From a bacterium (lineage in GTDB: Bacteria > UBA8248 > JACPRG01 > G963555815): DNA of 64,000 nucleotides. The notes beneath the pieces are model-generated. The model saw nothing but the letters and a program-made list of their open reading frames with translations. It searched no databases and had not been told where the DNA came from. Location of the stretch: assembly GCA_965261595.1 (NCBI GenBank), contig CBDHDG010000003.1:64001-128000 (forward strand), written 5' to 3'. This document shows positions 10,988-21,447 of the stretch, piece by piece (positions within the stretch are counted from its first letter, which is position 1; every line of letters begins with the position of its first letter). The translations under genes were made by a program, and so were the position numbers.

Positions 10988-12442
10988 TCAATCCGCCAGG
11001 CCTTTCGGCAGGTTCACCTCTCCCAGCGGCGGAAGCTCGTATTTGTCCCAATCCTCACGGATTTTTTCGAGGAAGCGGCGGGGCGGGAGGGAGACGTCCG
11101 GGTAGTTCCATTTTTTCGTCGCGTCGATGAGCGCCTTGGCCCCCGTGGGGGGGCTGTCGCCTCTGCCCGGCTCGTCGGATGAAGGGTCCAGCTCCAGCGC
11201 GCCCATGTTCTCCAGGATCCGGATGTCCTTGTCAGGGCGCACCCGGTAGTTCATCACCCATTCGCGCATGAACGGGTCGCGGATGTCGATGTCGTCATCC
11301 ACCACGACAATCCATTTGAAATAGCTCATCCCGCAGAACGCGAGGGCGCCCATCATCAACTGCTCCACCTGACCCCGGTAGACCTTCCGAATGCTCATCC
11401 ACAGGGCGGCCGCGCCGCCCCCCGACTCCGGCATGTGCAAATCGGCCAATCCCGCGATATTCAACGTGGCGCTCAAGTGCCGGTGAACGCCGGTCTCCAG
11501 AAAGTGGCGCTTCAGCACGGTGCTTTCATTCGGGGGAAACTGGCTGATGAGGCCGACGAGGATGGGGTCGCGGCGGTGGGTGATGCATCGGACGTGAAAC
11601 ACGGGGCACTCCCGGTCTCCCGCCATGTATCCGGTGAACTCCCCGAAGGGTCCCTCGGGCTCGACCCTGTCCGTGGTGATCTCTCCCTCGGCGACGAACT
11701 CGGCGCTTGCGGGAACTTCCAGGTCCACGGTCTTGCACTTCACCAGCCGGATGGGCTCGCCCCGGATTCCGCCGGCCACGTTCAGCTCGTCCATTCCGAA
11801 CCGGCCCGGCCCGACCAGGGTGATGACGGGATCCACGCCGCTGAACAGCGCCGCCGGCATGGGCTCGCCCCGCGCCTTCCATTTGGCCCATTGCACGGCG
11901 CCGTACCGATCCGGGGCGGAGAACTGAATTCCCGTGGTTCTCGGCTCCTTGACCTGACAGCGGCGGATGCCGATATCCCGGACCCCGGTCTCCGGGTCTT
12001 TGGTGACCCACAGGGGGGTCAGATAAGGGCCGCCGTCCTTTTCGGGGGTCCAGATGGGGGCGGGAAACCGCGTCAGGTCCGCATCGTCTCCATGAAGAAT
12101 CACCTCTTGACAAGGACCGGAATCCGCCATCACGGGCGGGATGGGGTTTTGAATCCCCCGGTTGACCCGCTCGAATATCGCGCCCGGCTCCGGCGCCGTC
12201 TCAACGGCCACGCCGATCTGCCTGGAAGAAATGGCGGTGACGCCCGTGACCATCCGTCCCCCCGGACGGTCTTTGATATTCCGAAAGCCCAGACCGAAAC
12301 GGGCCTCTTCCCGGTACCCTCTGAAAATCATCCGGGAGAGCGACGAAATCTCCCATGCCGGGTCCACCTCGTTTTCCACCCAGTGGAAGAGTCCCTCCCG
12401 TTCGAGGGCTTCGAGGTAAGTTCTCAGGTCTTCATAAGCCAA
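10988..12442 (-). CDS. UbiD-family (prFMN-dependent) decarboxylase
   Basis: DLRTYLEALE, EVPASAEFVAEG, EGPFGEFTGY, VVVDDDIDI, IDATK. Confidence 0.92.
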   Translation of the reverse strand: MAYEDLRTYLEALEREGLFHWVENEVDPAWEISSLSRMIFRGYREEARFGLGFRNIKDRPGGRMVTGVTAISSRQIGVAVETAPEPGAIFERVNRGIQNPIPPVMADSGPCQEVILHGDDADLTRFPAPIWTPEKDGGPYLTPLWVTKDPETGVRDIGIRRCQVKEPRTTGIQFSAPDRYGAVQWAKWKARGEPMPAALFSGVDPVITLVGPGRFGMDELNVAGGIRGEPIRLVKCKTVDLEVPASAEFVAEGEITTDRVEPEGPFGEFTGYMAGDRECPVFHVRCITHRRDPILVGLISQFPPNESTVLKRHFLETGVHRHLSATLNIAGLADLHMPESGGGAAALWMSIRKVYRGQVEQLMMGALAFCGMSYFKWIVVVDDDIDIRDPFMREWVMNYRVRPDKDIRILENMGALELDPSSDEPGRGDSPPTGAKALIDATKKWNYPDVSLPPRRFLEKIREDWDKYELPPLGEVNLPKGLAD

Positions 12443-12532
12443 TGCGGGTTCTCCCAGGGAGGTGAAATCAATGTCCGGCGGTCTCTTCTCCGGGCTGAAA
12501 CGCCCGCCCTTCCACTTGGAATGGAAACCCGG

Positions 12533-14839
12533 TCATCCGCCCTTTTTCCGGATGGCTTCGAGGATGTCCTCGGGGCGGATCGGCAGGTTCCGGACCCTCA
12601 CGCCGATGGCGTCCGAGACGGCGTTGGCGATGGCGGGGGCGGTGGGCAGGGCCGCGGACTCCGCAACGCTCTTCACCCCCATGCCCGCCGGGTCGATGTT
12701 GTCCGCAAATTCCACGCGCGTACGCGCGGGCGCATCGAGGGGTGTCGGGATTTTGTAGTCCGCCATCTGTCCGTTCACGGGAGCGCCCGAGTCCCGGTCG
12801 ATGACGAGGTGTTCCGTCAGCGCGAAACCGATCCCCTGGACGAACGCGCCCGTCACCTGTCCCTCGGCCCCGAGCGGGTTCACGATCCTCCCCGCGTCGT
12901 GAACATCGGCCATGTCGAGGATCTCCACCGCACCGGTCTCCATGTCCACGGCGACCTTGACGCACTGGGCGCCGAACGGGGGAGGGTTGCCGGGAGGCGT
13001 CGAGCTGGCGGTCCCCATAATGGTTTTCATCTCTTCATAGTGGGCGTGCGCCGCCGCTTCCCGCACCCGAAGCCGCTTGTCCGTGGATTTCGAAACAATG
13101 GATCCCTCGACAATGTCCAGGTCTTGCGGATCCTCTTCGAGCATCCTCCCCGCGGTTTCCAAGAGTAGAAGTTTGGCCTCCAGGGCGGCTTTTTGAACGG
13201 CGTGGCCGGAAACAAATGTAATGCGGCTTGCATGGGTGGCCACGTCGAAAGGGGCCGTATCCGTGTCCGTCGCGGCGACAATCACATCTTCGATGGGGAG
13301 GCCCATGGCGTCCGCGACAATTTGGGCCAGGACCATGCTCTGTCCCCCCCCCTGTTCGATGGAGGCGGTGAGCAGGATCACCGTTCCGTCTTCATTGACT
13401 TTGACGATGGCGCCCGAGTACTCGAGGATCTTCTCCGGCCGGTCGTCCGAGCCGTGCACGCCGGTGTTCCGCATGTTCGCAAACGCCAAACCCAGCCCGA
13501 TCCTGACCGAGGAATCCGGGCTTTGGCGGGCGTCGGATCGGTCCCAGCCGATCCTCTTCCGGGCCCGCCGGGCGCAATCAGGCAGGGCGCAGGATTCCAC
13601 CTTGAAGCCCGAGAGGGGGGAGACGTCCCCGACGCGGTAGGCATTGCGCAGGCGAAACTCGAAGTCATCCAGCCCGAGCTCGGCCGCGATTCGGCTCATC
13701 TGGCACTCGATGGCGAAGTTGGTTTGAACACCGCCATAGCCCCGCATCGCGCCGGAGGGAAAGATGTTGGTGTAGACCGCGTGTCCTTCAAAGAGGTAAT
13801 GGGGGGTGTTGTAAGCGCCGATGAAGGTCATTCCGCCCACCAGCACCACGGAGGGGCCGTGATTGGCCGCGGAGCCGCACTCCATCCAGGCCTTCATGTG
13901 CCGGGCCGTGAGCGTCCCATCGGCCCGGACGCCGGTTTTGACCCGGATGCGGGAGGGATGCCGCGCGCTGGCGATGAATTCCTCCTCCCGGGTGTATTCC
14001 ACCCGGACCGCCCGGTTGGCGCGCAAGGCCAGAAGGGCGCAAATCACCTCATTGACCGCAAGGTCCAGCCCTTTTCCGAACGCGCCCCCCAGGTTCGGCC
14101 GGATGACCCGAATCTTGCCCGCGTCCATCCCCAGCGCCTCGGACAGACAAGCCCGAAGACCGAAGATGGATTGCGTGGTCGAGAGGATGGCGAGACGCCC
14201 GCCGGATTCGGGCCAGGCGATTGCCAGATGGGTCTCCAGGGCGGTCTGGTTGATCCGCTGCGTGGTGTATTCGTCCTCGAAGACGTGGTCCGCGCCCGCA
14301 AATCCTTCTTCGAGGGTTCCCCGGCGAAGCGTGATCGGCTCGTTGGCGTCGCGCCAGCCGAAGGCGATGTTCCCTTCGCCGCCGGGGCGGACGATCGGGG
14401 CGCCGGCCTCGAGGGCCTTGTCCATCTCGAACACGGCGGGGAGCTCTTCATACTCCACTTCGATGAGCGCCATCGCTTCTTCGGCCCGGTCCCGGTGGGT
14501 CGCGGCCACCGCCGCGATGGGCTGCCCCAGGTAGCGAATTTCCTCCTCAAAGACGACCTCGTCCTTGACGAGCAGGTCCGTGATGGGATTCGACTGGTTG
14601 TAGATCGGGTTGTAGCGCCGCCCCGGGCTGTCTCCGATTCCGATGACGGCATGGACCCCGGGCGCCTTTCGCGCTGTTTCCAGATCGAGCCGCTTGACGC
14701 GCCCGCGGGGGACCGAGCTCCGGAAAAGGCGGGCCGCCAGGCAATCGGCCGGGAAGTGATCGCTGACGTACCGGAAAGCGCCCGTGGCCTTCTCCATACC
14801 GTCCGGACGGGGAATCGATTGTCCAATGACCGGGTTCAT
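12533..14839 (-). CDS. Xanthine dehydrogenase-family molybdopterin-binding large subunit
   Basis: IGQSIPRPDG..KATG, LGGAFG, MRGYG, ASRIT, GQVTGAFVQGIG, KSVAE. Confidence 0.93.
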   Translation of the reverse strand: MNPVIGQSIPRPDGMEKATGAFRYVSDHFPADCLAARLFRSSVPRGRVKRLDLETARKAPGVHAVIGIGDSPGRRYNPIYNQSNPITDLLVKDEVVFEEEIRYLGQPIAAVAATHRDRAEEAMALIEVEYEELPAVFEMDKALEAGAPIVRPGGEGNIAFGWRDANEPITLRRGTLEEGFAGADHVFEDEYTTQRINQTALETHLAIAWPESGGRLAILSTTQSIFGLRACLSEALGMDAGKIRVIRPNLGGAFGKGLDLAVNEVICALLALRANRAVRVEYTREEEFIASARHPSRIRVKTGVRADGTLTARHMKAWMECGSAANHGPSVVLVGGMTFIGAYNTPHYLFEGHAVYTNIFPSGAMRGYGGVQTNFAIECQMSRIAAELGLDDFEFRLRNAYRVGDVSPLSGFKVESCALPDCARRARKRIGWDRSDARQSPDSSVRIGLGLAFANMRNTGVHGSDDRPEKILEYSGAIVKVNEDGTVILLTASIEQGGGQSMVLAQIVADAMGLPIEDVIVAATDTDTAPFDVATHASRITFVSGHAVQKAALEAKLLLLETAGRMLEEDPQDLDIVEGSIVSKSTDKRLRVREAAAHAHYEEMKTIMGTASSTPPGNPPPFGAQCVKVAVDMETGAVEILDMADVHDAGRIVNPLGAEGQVTGAFVQGIGFALTEHLVIDRDSGAPVNGQMADYKIPTPLDAPARTRVEFADNIDPAGMGVKSVAESAALPTAPAIANAVSDAIGVRVRNLPIRPEDILEAIRKKGG

Positions 14840-15092
14840 TCATCGCCTTTCAGACCGCGGGTGTTTCCAACCGGCGCCGGGGGTCGCGCCGTCGAAAATT
14901 GCGATCCGGGCCGAGACCGTCCCAAAATCAGCCATCCTAGAGCATGTCCCGAGAAGAGGGCAACTCATACCCGTTTCAGTCTGTTCAGCTCCGGCGCCGC
15001 TTGATGATATTCCGGCTTCCCATCACGGCGGGTCATCTGATGGAGGCGGCGGCCGGATTGGAAACCCCGCCCGATGAACTTTTCTATTATTC

Positions 15093-15122
15093 TTGACACA
15101 TGCCGGAACCTCAAATTATCAT
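15093..15122 (+). promoter_or_regulatory. Putative sigma70 promoter for the amidohydrolase/ABC operon
   Basis: TTGACA-N18-TATCAT in an AT-rich divergent intergenic region. Confidence 0.55.
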
Positions 15123-15229
15123 TCTTTTCTGTCGATTTCTCCAAGGTTTCGTCGAATCCTGCGGGTCGGGTCTTTGTCGCGGCGGCCTCGCGGACGGGCT
15201 CGATTTTTCCTCCACGAAGAGAAAGCGCT

Positions 15230-16705
15230 TTGTCCGACACGCTTTTGATCCAAAACTGCGGAATCCTGGATCCCTCCCTCAGCGGCCGAATCCTGGAAGG
15301 CCGGGACATTCTCGTTTCGGGCGCCCGGATCTCTTCCGTCCGGGAAACGGGAGATCTGAGGGGCGACGTTGTCATCTCCGGCCGGGATCGGCTGGTCATT
15401 CCGGGTTTGATCAACGCCCATACACATTCCGCCGAGAACTACCTGAAAGGATTGACCGACCGCCAACCCCTGGAGATGTGGCTCCCGTATGTCTATGGGA
15501 CCGCCGGGATCTATTCTCCGAGGGATGTCTACCTGTCCTGCATGATCGGCGCGATCGAGATGCTGAAAACCGGAAGCACGAGCGTCATCGATCATTGCTG
15601 GATGTCGCCGGGCGTGACGCCGGACAGGCTGGACGCCGCCATGGAGGCATACCGGGACGCGGGCATCCGGACGTGTTTCGCCCCGCTTGTCGCCGATACG
15701 GATTTCGTCGATCAGTTCGCCGCCGAAAGGGGGCATGAGGTCGGGGACGCCTTTTTCGCCAGGCGGTTCGACAAGGCCCCGCCTTGGGACGAAACGCTCG
15801 GTCACCTCAAAGACTTCTTCGACAAATGGGACGGCTCGGAAGGGGGCCGCCTGCGGTGCATGACGGGTCCGGCGGGGGTCCAATGGTGCAGCGAACGGCT
15901 CCTGGAAGATTGTTGGGCCCTGTCGCGCTCACGTCAGGCGGGGGTTCATCTCCACATCAATGAGACGTTCATTCAAGACTGGGCGAACCGGAAGCGATTC
16001 GGAAAAAGCGTGATCGCCTTCCTGGATGACGCCGGTCTGTTGGGGCCGGACGTATCCATGCCTCACAGCCTATGGGTGGATGACGCGGACCTCGATCGGA
16101 TCGCGTCCGCCGGCGCGGTCCCCGTCCATAACCCCGCCGCGAACACCAAGATGGGCAGCGGTCTCATGCCGCTCAGAAAGATGCTCGACCGGGGAATTCC
16201 CGTGGCCGTTGGAACGGACGGGGCGGCCAGCAACGACCATCAAGCGCTTTTCGAGGCCGTGCGGATGGCAGCGTACATCCATAACCCCACGGAGCCGGAT
16301 CATCGAAGGCACATCGACGCCCGCGAGGCGATCTCCATGGCCACGACCTCCGGGGCGGGGGCCATGATGGCTTCGGGCGAGCTGGGACGGATTCAGCCCG
16401 GCGCCCTCGCGGACATCGCGCTCCTGGACCGGCGGTCGCTTTCGTGGGTCCCGGTGAACGACCCGATCCGGAACTTGGTTTATTGCGAGAGGGGCCAATC
16501 CGTCCGCACAGTGATTGTGGCGGGGCGGGTCGTGGTGGATGAGGCCAAGGTCTTGACGGTTTCCGAAGAGGACGTGGTCGGGGAAGTCCTCGAAGCCATG
16601 GCGTCACGGGGTGAGCCGGAATGGCCCACCCCCTCGGAACGCGACCGGACGGTGGCCCTCTACGAGCGTTTTTGTGATGACTTGGCGCCGGAACGGCCGC
16701 AGTAA
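15230..16705 (+). CDS. Metal-dependent amidohydrolase (AtzA/SsnA/MTA-SAH deaminase-like)
   Basis: PGLINAHTH, HLHINE, HNPAAN.K.GSG, GTDGAASND. TTG start inferred. Confidence 0.88.
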   Translation: MSDTLLIQNCGILDPSLSGRILEGRDILVSGARISSVRETGDLRGDVVISGRDRLVIPGLINAHTHSAENYLKGLTDRQPLEMWLPYVYGTAGIYSPRDVYLSCMIGAIEMLKTGSTSVIDHCWMSPGVTPDRLDAAMEAYRDAGIRTCFAPLVADTDFVDQFAAERGHEVGDAFFARRFDKAPPWDETLGHLKDFFDKWDGSEGGRLRCMTGPAGVQWCSERLLEDCWALSRSRQAGVHLHINETFIQDWANRKRFGKSVIAFLDDAGLLGPDVSMPHSLWVDDADLDRIASAGAVPVHNPAANTKMGSGLMPLRKMLDRGIPVAVGTDGAASNDHQALFEAVRMAAYIHNPTEPDHRRHIDAREAISMATTSGAGAMMASGELGRIQPGALADIALLDRRSLSWVPVNDPIRNLVYCERGQSVRTVIVAGRVVVDEAKVLTVSEEDVVGEVLEAMASRGEPEWPTPSERDRTVALYERFCDDLAPERPQ

Positions 16706-16847
16706 GGCCTATCCCTTGAGGTGTCTTTGTGCGAAACTCAATGCGCTCACCGTTTGTGAACCGTGGAAGGATGTCAGTGGGAGGCGGGCCGGACGCTCGC
16801 CTTTGTGAACATACATGGGCCGAGTGGCCTCGAAAGGGGGGAAGAAA

Positions 16848-17840
16848 ATGAAGCGATTTCTTGTCGGATTATCGGCCGCCGTATTCCTGGCTGCGATGTT
16901 CCTGTCGGGAGGCCGGGCATGGGCGCAAAAGAGGGTCGCTTGGGTCCTTCCCGGCACCATCAATGACGAGGGCTTCAACCAGAGCGGCTACGATGCATTG
17001 ATGCGCCTCAAGAAGATGGGCATCAAGGTCGCCTTTTCGGAAAACACGCCGCCTCCGAAGTTCGTCTCGACGTTGAGGAACTATGCCGCCCAGGGGTACG
17101 ACGTGGTCGTCGGACAGGGTTTTGAGTTCGGCGATCCCATCATGAAGGTCGCGCCCAAGTATCCCAAGACCAAGTTCATCAACATCGTGGGGATCGTGAA
17201 CCGGGACGCAAAGCAGAAGAACGTCCGGGTCCTCCAGATCGGAAGCAACCAGAGCGGTTACGTGGTTGGCGCCCTGGCCGGGTTGATGACGAAGACGAAC
17301 CGCCTCGGAGTCATCGGCGGTTTCCCGTTTCCATCCATCGTTTCACAGCTTGAGGCGTTCCGTCTCGGCGCCAAGGCCGTCAACCCCAAAGTCAAGACCA
17401 ATATCGTTTACATCAGCTCCTTCGAGGACCTGAGCAAGGCGAAGGAAGCCGCCATGGCGCAGATGAGCGCGGGCGCCGATATCCTCTACCACGTCGCGGA
17501 CCACGCCGGTCTCGCCATCGTCCGCGCGGCCCAGGAAAAGGGCGTGATGTCGATCGGCAACGGGCTCGATCAGTACAAGGTCGCTCCCAAATCGATCATC
17601 GTGACCCAGCTCGTCGATTACGGCGGAACCGCCTTGGACACCATCACGGAATACTTCAAGACCGGCGCGTTCACGCCGGGCTTGCACGTGTATCCGATGA
17701 AGGTCGGCGGAGTCACGGACCTCTCCGCGTTTCACAACAACGTCCCCAAGTCCGTGCAAGACAGGGTTCTCAAGATTCGGCAGGATATCATCCAAGGAAA
17801 GATCAAGGTTCCGTTCATCCCGAAACCGCGGAAGAACTAG
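16848..17840 (+). CDS. BMP/PnrA-family ABC substrate-binding protein (nucleoside/purine type)
   Basis: Signal peptide ending AWA; INDEGFNQ, GYVVGALAG, F.LGAKAVNP, SFED..KAKE. Confidence 0.9.
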   Translation: MKRFLVGLSAAVFLAAMFLSGGRAWAQKRVAWVLPGTINDEGFNQSGYDALMRLKKMGIKVAFSENTPPPKFVSTLRNYAAQGYDVVVGQGFEFGDPIMKVAPKYPKTKFINIVGIVNRDAKQKNVRVLQIGSNQSGYVVGALAGLMTKTNRLGVIGGFPFPSIVSQLEAFRLGAKAVNPKVKTNIVYISSFEDLSKAKEAAMAQMSAGADILYHVADHAGLAIVRAAQEKGVMSIGNGLDQYKVAPKSIIVTQLVDYGGTALDTITEYFKTGAFTPGLHVYPMKVGGVTDLSAFHNNVPKSVQDRVLKIRQDIIQGKIKVPFIPKPRKN

Positions 17841-17864
17841 CCGAAAGTAGTCGTCTCCTCCAAT

Positions 17865-17899
17865 CGGGGGGAAAGCCGGCGTCGCCCGGCTTTCCCCCG
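17865..17899 (+). other. Intercistronic stem-loop after the substrate-binding gene
   Basis: GGGGGAAAGCCGG-N6-CCGGCTTTCCCCC, perfect 13-bp stem without a U tract. Confidence 0.7.
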
Positions 17900-17915
17900 T
17901 TGGCGGCAGCCCGAA

Positions 17916-19436
17916 ATGTCCGACGCACTTCTGCGCATGGAAGAGATCACCAAGGTCTTTCCCGGCGTGATCGCCAACGACCGCGTGACGCTGGAAGTGG
18001 CCGCGGGAGAAGTGCACGCCCTCCTCGGGGAGAACGGCGCGGGCAAGACCACCCTGATGAACATCCTCACGGGCCTCTATCATCCGGACGGAGGGAAGAT
18101 CACCCTGGACGGCCGGGAGGTGAGCATCCCGTCGCCCAAGGCCGCTATCCGCCTGGGCATCGGGATGGTCCATCAGCACTTCATGCAGGTCCCGCCGTTC
18201 TCAGTGGTCCAAAACGTCGCGATGGGGTTGCGCGAGAGTAAAAATCCGGTCCTTCGGCTCGACCGGCTGGCTGAAGAGATCCGCGAGATGGCGGCGCGGT
18301 TCAATCTGGATCTGGACCCCTGGGCGATAACGGAAACCCTCCCCTTGGGGACGCGGCAGAAGATCGAGATCCTCAAGGCCCTGCACCGGAAGGCCCGCCT
18401 CCTGATCCTCGATGAGCCGAGCGCCGTGCTCACCCCTCAGGAGTTTGAGGAGCTCTCCCGGATCCTTCGAACGCTTGTGGACGAAGGTGTCTCCATGGTC
18501 TTCATCTCGCACAAGCTCGAAGAGGTGATGCAGGTGACCGACCGGGTGACGGTGATGCGTCAAGGCAAGGTCATCGACACCCTGCACACGGCCGACACCT
18601 CTCCCGCCGAATTGGCTCAAATGATGGTCGGCCGCCCCGTCGTCTTCGAGTTTCCGAAATCCGAAAAGGAACCCGGCGAGCCGGTGCTGGAGCTGGAAGA
18701 CCTTCGGGTGGAGGACGACAACGGCCTGGTCTCGCTCAAGGGCGCGAGTCTCTCGGTCCGGCGGGGCGAGATCCTCGGGATCGCGGGGGTGGACGGAAAC
18801 GGCCAGCGCGAATTGGCGGAGGTCATCTTCGGCTTGAGGAAACCGGCCTCGGGATCCGTTCGAATTCACGGGCGGGACATCAGCGGCTGGGCTCCCCGCG
18901 ATCTCACGGACAAAGGGGTGGGGCGCATCCCGGAAGACCGCCACGGCATGGGGCTGATACTGTCCTTGACGGTCCGGGAGAACCTCCATCTGGAACATTT
19001 TCAGAATTCTCCCTTCACGCGAAGAGGCTTCCTGAAGGGCAAAGTGATCGAGGAGAACAGCCGGCGGCTCGTCCGGTCTCACGACATCCGGCCCCAGTCG
19101 ACGGGCATCCGGGTGGGCGCCCTCTCCGGCGGCAACCAGCAGAAGGTCATCGTCGCCCGGGTGATGATGGAGGCGCCGGACGTGCTGATCGCGATGAACC
19201 CGACCCGGGGCCTGGACGTGGGGGCCGCGGCTTTCGTTTACGAGACCTTCCTGGAGCGGCGGGAAAAGGGAGGGGCCATCCTTCTCATCTCCAGCGAGCT
19301 GGCCGAGATCATGAGCCTGTGCGATCGGATCGCGGTCCTCTACGAGGGGCGTATTCAGGGAGAGGTCGACGGCGCGGAGGCGGACGAGCTGACGCTCGGG
19401 CTCTGGATGGCGGGGGTTTCCGGAGAGCCGGCCTGA
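17916..19436 (+). CDS. ABC ATP-binding protein (two-domain sugar/nucleoside type)
   Basis: GENGAGKTT, LILDEP, GVDGNGQ, LSGGNQQ, PTRGLDV. Confidence 0.95.
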   Translation: MSDALLRMEEITKVFPGVIANDRVTLEVAAGEVHALLGENGAGKTTLMNILTGLYHPDGGKITLDGREVSIPSPKAAIRLGIGMVHQHFMQVPPFSVVQNVAMGLRESKNPVLRLDRLAEEIREMAARFNLDLDPWAITETLPLGTRQKIEILKALHRKARLLILDEPSAVLTPQEFEELSRILRTLVDEGVSMVFISHKLEEVMQVTDRVTVMRQGKVIDTLHTADTSPAELAQMMVGRPVVFEFPKSEKEPGEPVLELEDLRVEDDNGLVSLKGASLSVRRGEILGIAGVDGNGQRELAEVIFGLRKPASGSVRIHGRDISGWAPRDLTDKGVGRIPEDRHGMGLILSLTVRENLHLEHFQNSPFTRRGFLKGKVIEENSRRLVRSHDIRPQSTGIRVGALSGGNQQKVIVARVMMEAPDVLIAMNPTRGLDVGAAAFVYETFLERREKGGAILLISSELAEIMSLCDRIAVLYEGRIQGEVDGAEADELTLGLWMAGVSGEPA

Positions 19437-20521
19437 TGGATAAAACTTCCCGGGCGAGCCGGATCCAATTCCTCGCGGCCTTTCAGGTGCTTTCCCCCCT
19501 GCTCGCCGTCGTCCTCGCGCTGCTGGCCGGCGGGATCATCATCGGCGCCATCGGGATCAATCCGCTGGGCGCGTACGCGGCCCTTTGGAACGGCGCTTTC
19601 GGAACGCCCGCCGGATTCGGCCTGTCCGTCACCCGAACCGTTCCCCTCCTGTTTGTGGGCCTCAGCGTATCGCTTGCTTTCCGGTGCGGGCTCTTCAATA
19701 TCGGGGGTGAAGGCCAGCTCTATATGGGGGCCCTGGCCTCCACGGCCCTGGCGGTTTTCCTTCCGGAAATGCCGTGGGCCATTCATTTCCCCATCATTTT
19801 GCTGGGAAGCTTCATCGCCGGGGGCGCCTGGGGAGCGGTCGCGGGATGGATGCGCGCCAAGTTCGGTCTCAGTGAGATCATCACGACGATCATGCTCAAC
19901 TACATCGCCTTCTGGATCGTGAGCTATCTGGTTCACGGTCCGATGCTGGACGAGTCGAGCTATTATCCGTGGTCCGCCGAGGTGCCAGAATCGACCCAAT
20001 TCCCGATCCTCCACGACCTGACGGGCATTCATATCGGCATCTTTCTGGCATTGGCCGCGGCCCTCGTCGTCTACGTTTTCTTGTGGCACACCAAAGTCGG
20101 GTTCGAGATCCGGGCGACGGGCGCCGGGATCTCCACCTCCCGGTTTGTCGGCATCCGCGTTGTCCGGAGCACGGTGCTGGCGATGTTCTTGGCGGGAGGC
20201 CTGGCCGGCCTCGCGGGCACGGCCGAGGTCCACGGCGTCCAGTTTCGTCTGAGTGATTTCTTCTCGCCCGGTTACGGGTTCACGGGGATCGCCGTCGCCC
20301 TGGTGGGGCGGACCCAGCCCTTTGGCGTGATTCTGGCCGCTCTTCTGTTTGGGTTGCTGGATTCGGGCTCCGACAACCTGCAACAAACCATGGGGGTTCC
20401 GTCGGCCGTCATTCAGATCGTCCAGGGATTGGCCATTGCGCTGCTCATCGCGGCCTCCTCGCAGGGTCTGATGAGAAAACTGTTGAAGAGACAGGAGCTT
20501 CGGTATGCTCGAGTCCCTTGA
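19436..20521 (+). CDS. ABC permease 1
   Basis: GLFNIGGEGQ, EIITTIMLNY, GYGFTGIAVA; TGATG coupling with the ATPase gene. Confidence 0.93.
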   Translation: MDKTSRASRIQFLAAFQVLSPLLAVVLALLAGGIIIGAIGINPLGAYAALWNGAFGTPAGFGLSVTRTVPLLFVGLSVSLAFRCGLFNIGGEGQLYMGALASTALAVFLPEMPWAIHFPIILLGSFIAGGAWGAVAGWMRAKFGLSEIITTIMLNYIAFWIVSYLVHGPMLDESSYYPWSAEVPESTQFPILHDLTGIHIGIFLALAAALVVYVFLWHTKVGFEIRATGAGISTSRFVGIRVVRSTVLAMFLAGGLAGLAGTAEVHGVQFRLSDFFSPGYGFTGIAVALVGRTQPFGVILAALLFGLLDSGSDNLQQTMGVPSAVIQIVQGLAIALLIAASSQGLMRKLLKRQELRYARVP

Positions 20522-21440
20522 ACAGCTTTTCTTCTCGGCCGATTTGATCTCCGCCACGGTCCGGCTGTCTATCCCCCTGGTGTTCTTGAGCGTGGGAGAG
20601 TTGTTCGCCGAGCGCTCCGGCGTCGTCAACATCGGCCTGGAGGGCATGATGTTGTGCGGCGCGTTCGCGGCGGTTGTGGGAGCGTTCCTGTTCGGAAACC
20701 CCTGGTGGGGCGTTGTAGCCGCGATCATGGCGGGCGCCCTTTTCGCCCTTCTTCTCGCCTACGTTTCCGTCTCGCTGGCTGGCGACCAGATTGTGACCGG
20801 AATCGCCTTGAACATCGCGGCCCTGGGATTGACGACCTTCCTGAGCCGCACGCTTTGGGGCGTGGGAAAGAATCCCAACGTCTCCGGATTCAAGCCGGTG
20901 GAAATTCCCGGCCTCACGGACATCCCGGTCCTCGGCGAGATCTTCTTCCATCACTCCCCCCTGGCGTACGTTGCGTTCCTGATTCTGCCCGTCGCGGCCT
21001 GGGTCCTGTTCCGAACCCGATGGGGCCTTCACATCAACGCGGTCGGAGAGTCCCCGCGCGCCGCGGACAGCATGGGCATCTCGGTTTCCGGGGTTCGCTA
21101 TCTGACGATCGTCATCTCCGGCATGCTCGCCGGCGTCGGCGGCGCCTATCTCTCCATCAGCCAACTGGATTCCTTCGTGGAAGGCATGACGGGCGGGCGG
21201 GGGTTCATTGCCCTGGCCATCGTGATCGTGGCCAAGTGGTTTCCGTACCGCGCGGCGGCCGTGGCCCTTCTGTTCGGGGCCACCGAAGCCCTGAGCCTGC
21301 GGTTGGAGGCGCTGGGCTTCCCGGTTTCATTTCACATTCTCCGCATGCTGCCCTACCTGTTGACCCTGCTGGTGTACGCCGGCGTCGTCGGCAATACCCG
21401 CATGCCAGCGGCCATCACCCAACCCTACATAAAGGATTGA
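20505..21440 (+). CDS. ABC permease 2
   Basis: ERSGVVNIGLEG, GE.P.AADSMG, GRGFIALA, MLPY. Confidence 0.93.
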   Translation: MLESLEQLFFSADLISATVRLSIPLVFLSVGELFAERSGVVNIGLEGMMLCGAFAAVVGAFLFGNPWWGVVAAIMAGALFALLLAYVSVSLAGDQIVTGIALNIAALGLTTFLSRTLWGVGKNPNVSGFKPVEIPGLTDIPVLGEIFFHHSPLAYVAFLILPVAAWVLFRTRWGLHINAVGESPRAADSMGISVSGVRYLTIVISGMLAGVGGAYLSISQLDSFVEGMTGGRGFIALAIVIVAKWFPYRAAAVALLFGATEALSLRLEALGFPVSFHILRMLPYLLTLLVYAGVVGNTRMPAAITQPYIKD

Positions 21441-21447
21441 GGCCCCC

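Noticed and set aside
11435..15004. Long plus-strand ORFs of 577 and 603 aa
   Set aside because: Antisense shadows of the UbiD and Mo-hydroxylase genes; no motifs. The same applies to most overlapping ORFs in the track.
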